From the NCBI GenBank assembly GCA_976226885.1, contig OZ320316.1, positions 68,138,001 through 68,202,000 on the forward strand: a DNA stretch of 64,000 bases, written 5' to 3'. Below the pieces are notes generated by a model. The model had not been told where the DNA came from. It did no database searches and was given only the letters and a program-made list of their open reading frames with translations. The stretch is from Iphione sp. A-MEVVRFRX5. Its lineage: Eukaryota. This document shows, piece after piece, positions 39,101 to 48,100 of the stretch. How positions within the stretch are numbered: position 1 is the first letter of the stretch; the number at the start of each line of letters is the position of its first letter. Both the position numbers and the translations under genes were made by a program.

Positions 39101-42100
39101 CCAAAATATCGATTATTGGACCTCATGTTGAAGTATACGCGTAAGTATGCCGTGCACTTGGACTGAAGTAATATTAGTAGGCAGGAGACTCAATTTTCCT
39201 ATGAAATTCATACATTTTGCATATGTGATATGTGTATCCTTCTGTCCTGATAAGTACTAAAGTATGTCCCTAGACGCTGGTTTTGATTGTATCCCCACAG
39301 CCCCTTCCACCCGAAGAAGACGGGACCTGACCGTGCTCTGCTCAACCGTGCAGCAACCATCATTCAGAGGGATGTGCGCCGATGGCTCATCAAACTTCGA
39401 ATGGAGAAACTCAAGAGAAAGGTATGAACCTGGCAACACATGGGCGTTAATGTATGTACGTGTGTCGGAAGCCAAAGTCTCCTAGTACTGGAAGCAGTTG
39501 AATACGTTAGATGTGGGCATAGTAGAGCAGTGCATCTGATTATCGCACAAGCTGCTGGTCACAGGGGGGGACAGGGGGGGTCCCAATAACACTTCACCAA
39601 GAATTCAAAACACTCATAACGCCTAAAGATGGAGTAGATAACGCTTCACCAAGAATTAATTTCTCCATCTCCCATCACCAGGAAATGTTGTATAATGCTT
39701 CACCATGATTTGGAAGAGCAAATAATGCATCACCAAGAATTAAATAGCAACGATAAAGCTTCACCAAAATAGGTGTCCCCCCCCTGTCTCGTCATGCACA
39801 CCATGTGCTCACAGGCATGTGGCACTGGCTTCAGTCATGCAGTTTTTAGTGATCTTTTGCTGTTCTCTATATGTACTTTTTATAGGTTTCATATACACAG
39901 TTTGAACTCTGAACAGCAGTTACCTTGATGCAGTCTTACTGTCCCCCACCTCAAAGAGAGGGGCACCTTAGGAATACTACTGTCCGACTGTCTGACCTTC
40001 CATCACACTCTTGTGGGTCTTATAACTCTAAAACCCTTCAGTCAAATGAATTGTTTTGATGTATCATATTTATGCATTTAAACCCATGGCAATGGATAAT
40101 TTTGGAAGTAATGCAAGTATTCTAAAGGTGAAATTTTGTTAATATACTCGTTTGTTAGCATCTCCACAACATACAGTCGACATTCCCAAATGCAGAGACC
40201 ATCCGTTCTTCTCCAAACTATCAGCATGTCAGCCACATCTGGTTTACAGATCTGTGGGGGTATATTGTAGAGTAAGTGCAGTTCATCAGCTACTCTTTGG
40301 GGTGATACTTGAGGTCAGTGGGTGCATTTGCATGGCACCGCAGAAAAGGAAAGGGTTCACTGAGTGCACTACCGGAGTAGCTCAGTGGTGCATGTGTACT
40401 TAATTGGGGTCATTAGGTGCAAATCTGTAGCACCACCATATAAGACATTACTGTAGCAGTAGAAGCCATTAAGTGCAAACTGTTGTGGTGCCACTGGGAG
40501 CCACCTGTACTACCATATTAGGAGGTGTACTTACATGTTATGAGATGTTCTATAATCCAGTGGTATCCTGGAAAATCACCTGATGTTGGGAAGATACATT
40601 GTAGCATTTTGGCCTAACCTGATTGGCTAAGGATATTCTATCTGACTTTAGAGTGATACATTGTATCAGAAACATTCCATGCTTGTACAGTAGGACTTCC
40701 CTTTGTGGACACCTCTGGGATAAGGACACCTCCCAAATGTGGACGATTTGGAGAAGAACCAAAATGTTTCCTATAGTTAAGCATTGTAAGAGGACCTCCC
40801 TAATCAGGACACCCATTTTAGAAGAGCTTCTCCTTGTGGACACCCTCAAAGGGTAGACCTTCAAGCCTCTGTACATGTTTTGTGTGAATTCGCACCTTGA
40901 AATGCGAATTCACAGCTTGAAATCAGTCTAAACCCACCTATTCGCAGTTTAAACTCCCCAATTCACAGTCTAAACCTGCCAATTAGCGGTCTATACCCAC
41001 CAGGGTGTCAACAGCAACATGTATTTGTTCTAATTTATTGTGATATTCCATTATTTAACTGTGTTTTGAATAATAGTTTATATATAAACTGTGTTTTGAC
41101 AAATATCTGTATATTAAAGTCTGTTGTTATTTCATTTCCTATACTACTGACTGCTTCTCCTAACAGGACACCTCTACAATGAGGACGAATTGAGGAAGAA
41201 CCCAGGGTGTCCTGATTAGAGAGGTCTCACTGTATTTGATTGGTTACACCTGCATTTGGTCATGTGGCCATTACTCCCTATATATAAAAGTGCTGTGTGA
41301 GCATTAAAGAGACTTGAACCTGGGCTTGGTTGTGGAACTTGTTTATTCATGCACCCACAAAATTACAATATGAAATGGAGTAGGAGGGTTAAATCTGGCA
41401 ATGTTATCCCTTTCAACCCCTCTCTCTACCAAGTGAATACAGACAAGAGTAAGGAACATAGTCCGTGTCATTTTGATGAGTAAAAATGAAAAAAAGTGCT
41501 TAATTTGACAAGTAAGAGTCCCAAAAGTGCTGAATTTGACGATTTGAAGTTGCAAATGTGCTGAATTTGATGAGTAAAAGTTCAAAAAAGTCCCAAAAGT
41601 TCTAAATTTGATGATTATGTTCTCTGGCTACCATTGAAATATGTGGATGGTCACCTGTCAATTCCCTCTCTGTTAGGAAGGAGTGGTTGCTCTGACATCT
41701 CTACTACCCCAAATCAGACCGACAAAATGCTCTCCACGGGATACAAAGTCCATTCTTTTTTAAATCATTTGCATTTGGGATGTGTCCAGTTTGTAGAGGT
41801 GTCCATAAGGGGAGAGTTGACTGTATACAATGTACTTGTTTGGGGATTTCTAGGTCAGACAATGCACTCATATGTATACACACACACTCACCAATACCCC
41901 CCTGCTGCCTATACCACCTTGTAGCAGTATGACAAAGAGAGATGCGCTCAAGCATGAAATGGCCACTAAACAGCAGGGGACAATAGACCTCTCAGGTCCA
42001 CACTCTTGTTAAAATAGTATCTGTGCAATAACCTTTCAACTGTCATTTCCTTCTTTCTTTTTTGTTGCTAGGCTAAATACCATGCCAATTCATGGACCAA

Positions 42101-45100
42101 GTTCATGACCAATTATCAGGAGCTTCTGAGGAGAATCCAGCTGCGAGCTGGCGTCGACAAGCCGCAGACACCATTTGACTTCAATGACATCAGCCAATTC
42201 ATGGATCTGAAAAAGCGTCTGTATCAGATCGTGTCAAGTCCTAATTGATGAGGCCCCATTATGTATTTTATATACAATACTTGGCAGTGTCCCATATTGC
42301 CAGCCAAGCAACACTTTTTATACATTCTTTTAATTGACAACTAGATTTTCCTTTCATAACCGGATACAATTGCACATTCATTCACACTACATAGAGACTA
42401 GCAAAGTGTGCTAAGTGGTTTTGTGGGGGGAAATTCCCACCATTGACAGCCAGCCTGTTTCCTGTCTGAAACATGGTCCCAAACTGAAGCATACACAGTT
42501 ACACTGACTTAAAAAGTCTCACTATTCCCCATGCCATGATCTTTTCTAGTGTAGTTGAAACCTTACTCTTTCCCATAAAGTTTAAACCAAGGTTTCTATC
42601 TTATATATTTTCATTTTAAAAAATACTTTAAACATCTAATTCATTTACATTCAGTGAGACTATTAGATAACAGAAAGCACCATATACCATGATAAAGCCT
42701 GATCTTTCAGCTTTAATTTGATGTATAACATGTATATATTGTGTATAAATTAGGTATGAGGGAAATTAAGTGAAAGTAGCTACCTCCCACTCTTCACATA
42801 ACCTCTGTTCATAATCAGGCTGCATGTTTTGTAATCTAAGCTTAATATAGTTCATGAAAATACTTTTTTAAATGCTACCAATGAATGTGTCATATCTGAA
42901 AATCTTTGTGTATGAAGTTTCATAAGTAAGGAAAAGATTTAAGAAAATCTGTCATACTACATATACCACATTTTAGTCAGTGTTCTACATTGTTCCTATG
43001 GGACAACATTTCACCAAATTCTTCCCTTTTTGTGGCATGAAACCTTGTATGATTTAACTACCATGTGTGCAATTTTAAAATTCAAAAAGCAAAATGGAGG
43101 TGTCCTCCATCTACTAGATACATTGTTAATGTCATAAAAGGGATTTTTAAAATGGTTTACGTTGCTATATAGACTCGTACCATCTGTATTATTTACAATG
43201 TATATTGCCAAGCATCTTTGTCCTATTAACTGTCCACTATACAAGGAGTAGCCAAATGGTTCTTGTTGACACTGTTGCACCTGGAGAAGCGGAATAGACT
43301 TTCTGAAAGCTTTTGCCTTTAATTAAATGTTCATAAAATTGTAGCCAATGAAGCCGACTTTAATGTAATGAACTGGTTTCTCTTTAGACTTGTATAGATT
43401 ATCATCCTAATTATCTTTTTGAGTTTTAACCACATATTTCAACAACATGTGTGATCTCTTCCAAAAATAGGTTACGAAAGTGTCTTCGAGAAAAGAGCTT
43501 TCAGTGGAGAGATGGAGATAGAGGAGCTGCCGGCTTACTTCCACGAGTGTGATCTGTATCCTGCCAAGTCGGAGATCGAGGAGGCCATGTCATCCGTCTT
43601 TAGAGGTATACTGATTCTCATACAGAAAACTTAAAATTATTAACATCATAACAATCACGGAACTTGCATATTATTTAGCGTAGTAATAATCAAGTAGTTG
43701 GGGTCAAAATGCGGTTCAACTTGACCTAATCTTCAATGCTGAAATGTATCGAAATACTTGCACGTAATATTGTAAACATACTGCACCCGAAGATTTCATT
43801 TAGTTGTATAAAACGTGAAAAAAATCAACTAGAATACCTAAATGCCAGGAATCTCTACATGTTGTTAAATTTATAACTACGACTTTCTATCAAGTGTAAC
43901 GTGGCATTCCAGAAAGCCTCACTCATTGCAGATTTTGTTGCAGAGACAACAGAGAATTCAGACGATGGTAATTTTATTGTCTGTCTCTATGAAGCCGCAA
44001 ATTCCTCCTCCTCGCATCCTATATACCAGTGTGAACCTCTCCATGTCGCATTGAGCAATGTTATACATTTCTTCGTCTCTATATGATTCCTCCTCTAGCA
44101 AGGATGGTACAGCGCGCTGTCTTAGTGTACACAACAATGTACATGTATATAAAGAAACCAGTTACATGTATAGTCTAAATATATAGATTTTAATTTCTTA
44201 GATAATAGTATATTCAACTCTAGAAAGATTCTTTCGTAGTTTTTATATATTTACCTTATCGCACTTTCAATGTTAAGTTGCAATACGTGCCCAACTTAAC
44301 GTTCCATATCCTAATTTAAAAAAGGCTCTTTAAACTCTATATAGCGCGAATTAAGCGTAAAAGAAAATAGCTGATACATTAAGGAATAGTGTCCTTTCCT
44401 CCTAGAAACTGTAGATACAATAAGCGCTTGAAGATCTGGAGTTTAAAGTTCCTTACTTACCGCCCGATAAATATAGCAAAAAAACAAACAAACGCAACTA
44501 AAGCTATATCTCTAGTCCTGTAATGGCCATATATGTGATAGATTTAGGATGATATAAAAATGTGAAAGTACTTATTTCAATTTCCTTTTTCAACTTTTAA
44601 AAGCAGACAGAAAAGTGAATGTTACTCGCTTTCCACACCAAACGAGTTTCCGTAATATTTTATCTGCATAAAACTATTTTTCACTCCGGTTTTATACTAA
44701 TCAACCTCACTGAACTGATTAGGGCGTATTTCATACGAAGCTATACAGATAATCAGGTAGCAACTCTTTCTAGCAACTAAATATCTATTAGTCAATTTGC
44801 TACAGGTAGATCAGTTTTTTGATCGCGGACTATATCTATTCACTGCATCCAAACCACTTATATTCTATACCACTCTCGCCCCCTTATCATTGTAACAGAA
44901 AACCACAGATCACTTAGAGGCAGATGACCACAGATCAAGTTGTTATAGTTATCATACGTTACCTTTCCTCAAACTTTTCTTGTTTTACATTGTTGATGCC
45001 ATGGATGCTGATGAAAGGACAGCATGGATATGGAATGTATGATGTTCTAGATGATAATCGAGAGGGATTGGGTCTATATTTAATAGATAACGTTTTAATA

Positions 45101-48100
45101 GATAAGATACATTGTATGTGAAAGCTTTTTGGCATGATACACAAAATGATCAGCATAGTTGTTTTCTTCAAAATTGTAAATTTCGCTTCATGGTGTTGCT
45201 ATAATTAAGGAAACAACTAGAAAGAACACGAATATGTTTTCTTTTTTCAATACAAAAAGCCAGTGTTAATATGGTCATTATAGGGATACTACTGATACAT
45301 CTATATGTAGTGTTGTATATTCTTTGGCCCTAATAGAACCACCCAGATCTTTGAGACGTTGTATTCAGTTCAACCATAATCACCATTCTAGGAAATATCT
45401 ATGTCACACTTCTTTTTATTAAGCATAAAAACTAAGAGTCACCCACAAATACCTTCTCGGTTAAATTCATTTATAATATCCATAATATTCTCAGCACAAT
45501 CGCTTGGTTTTCTTATTACCCTTTAATATTTTCCGGCACCAGTCACCATATTACACTCACGTTTTTATTCTAATGCACCAAGATAATACTGCGCTTTTCA
45601 ATGCGTAATGAAGCAAGATGAATACGAAGTAGCTTCTACACGATAAACAAAACATTCCACGAATAACGTTAAGGTTTCTATTTCATATATGACATCTAGT
45701 TGTATCTTTCTGAACCACTAGAAAGGTATATGTCCGATAATGGTTTTGAATTACAACCATGCCATTTTCCATATCAGAGATATTATTAGCAAACTGCAGA
45801 ATAAAATGTGTCTCAGTTGATCTCCATCTGTATATTCATATATAGTCAATATTATAATCTACTGAAAGCAGACAATTAATTACTACAGAAAGAGCAAACT
45901 CGGCCTATCGTAAGGCACACTCATCCAGATATTGAAACTTTAATCACTTTTAAAACCGATAGACCATAAATTTGAATATTTCCAAAACTTGATATTTAGA
46001 TTTATTTTGTGTATTTATTCATTTAAGTAAACTTAGGGCTTGGCTTTCAAAAGACATGAATGCAGTACATCTCAGCAATGATTTGTCAACAGGCCAACCA
46101 GCAAAGAGGACGCGTGGTCTCTACCGCCAGGAGGTGCTTGAGGTGACGTTTCAGATTTACCCACCACGTGGCGCTGGCCTCGTCGACGGCCGTCGTTCCA
46201 CCTGGCTTAATCCTATCGTTGACGGCGAAGAGGCCATCAAACTAAGTGGTATACATGTGTTACTTTATGTCCATAATGAAAAACGATGTGAGACAATAGT
46301 AGAGTGTGACTTCCGATAAACAAAATCACTTTATGTACAATGAAACCTTTCTATATTGGACATCGTTTGAACTTCACTAAAAGCGTCCATAGTAGGGGGT
46401 GTCCGCTGTAGCCAAGCTACTCCTTTTCCCTCTTTCTTACCTTAGACAGTAGAGGGGCCAACTTGGAAATTATATCCCTTTCTCCCTCTCTCTCACTAAA
46501 GTTCCTTAGACAATCGTGCTCGTCCTCCCCACCTGTCCCTGCCCGTCCGTCACACCCTCCTCATGTGTTCGTAGATCTAAGGGTGTGCCCAGCACTGTCC
46601 CCCCCCCCCCGCTTCTCTGGGGCTCTCCCAGCTTTAAGCCTAATTCACACTTCATCCAGGGTGTTGGGAAGACCTAGTGTGTCTCTGCGGTGTTAAATCA
46701 CTAAAAAGTGCGGGTGGTCGTGTCTCCTTCAGGGTGTTGGGCCTGACCTCCCACCTCTCCCACCTGTGAATACTCTTCAAAGGAGTGGTGCTCTCACCTC
46801 CTCCAGGGTATTGTCTGCTGTAGACATTGTAAAATAAACTTTTGGGACTGTAAAAGGAGTGTCAAGAATTGGGTTTCCACTGTCACGGAGTGTCCACAGT
46901 GGCCGGGATCCATTAAATTAGATATACAGGGATTTGTTTGCAGCTGGAGGAAATGCGTCCGTAGTAAGTGTTGTCCGCAGTGGCGGGGCATCTGTAGACA
47001 GAGGTTCCACTGTATTGTCTCTAAAAGCCTATCTAGCACGGCTATAGAATAAATGACAAATTATGTCTTTGATTTTATACATATACAACATGAATTGTTA
47101 TTTCAGATATTCTTGAGGAAGAAGGTATATCATTGTTTGGCCCATGAAAACGGCCCAAGTTTTGGTGTGTGCTGGAAATAGATGTAATTCGGGATAAATG
47201 GCCGCAATGTTGATAACTAACTTAATAGGCAAAAGGCAGTTAGATTTTCATTTTGTCTCGTTTTATTTTCATTTAGGAATAACCTGCAATTGGTTTGGCT
47301 TGGCTTAATTTGTCACCGTAGGTGTAGATTATACAAGTTGGTTTGCATTTCGTTGATATTTTGGGGATTGGATAGACGGTAGTAGCAACTAGTTCCAATA
47401 GCTTTATGTGAAGACTGTTAGATCTGTGGATCTATAGGCTTTATTATACGTGAAATTCTGCTTTTTGTATGCCCTTGAAGTGAAGCGTAATTACATGTTC
47501 ATGTCTATGTTTAATTCACACCTACATGAATAAATATAACTAGTTGATATTTCAGTTATCAGCTGGATAGTGAAGATCTAAATGTTCATGTGCTTATCGC
47601 AATTTTGCCATTAGAGTCTTGCAACTACAATCGCAATTTTTGTCATGATTGAAATTTTGCCTCTAAAATTTCAATTTTTCACATTATGAATATGTGCACA
47701 CATACATATATCCACACAGGCAAACACAAACACACCGTTCCTTTACTCTCTCTGCTACTTTACATAGCATGGGTCCTTGACTGGCCATGCTGCCTCGTAG
47801 TTTTCTCTCCCGTTCTACGGCAGTCACTGTCGCCATGCTAGCACATACAGCACTATGGCGTCTTAGCACCATCTATAGGCTGTCTAATTGTGGCTTGGTC
47901 TCCTTTCCCCTTGTAGCCACTGACATTTCCCCTCCCTTTTCTTCCAAATCATTGCCACATGCCTCGCACACTTATTTCCCCCGGTCTGTAGTGGAAGTTT
48001 ATTGACCTAGGACTTCACACCAATTACTTTGGTCTTACCTCTACTGATGAACTTCTTGTTACTATTTGATTTTGTGGGCAATACTGTCCCTATCCACAAT

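Noticed and set aside
39586-39772. CRISPR array
   Set aside because: Eukaryotic intron, no cas genes, 20-bp degenerate repeats, irregular spacers (32/34/10/11 bp) and enclosing TIRs. Kept as a TIR element finding instead.
44100-46000. Hidden gene in the long AT-rich intron 25
   Set aside because: Only short ORFs without recognisable motifs or phase-compatible splice sites were seen on either strand.
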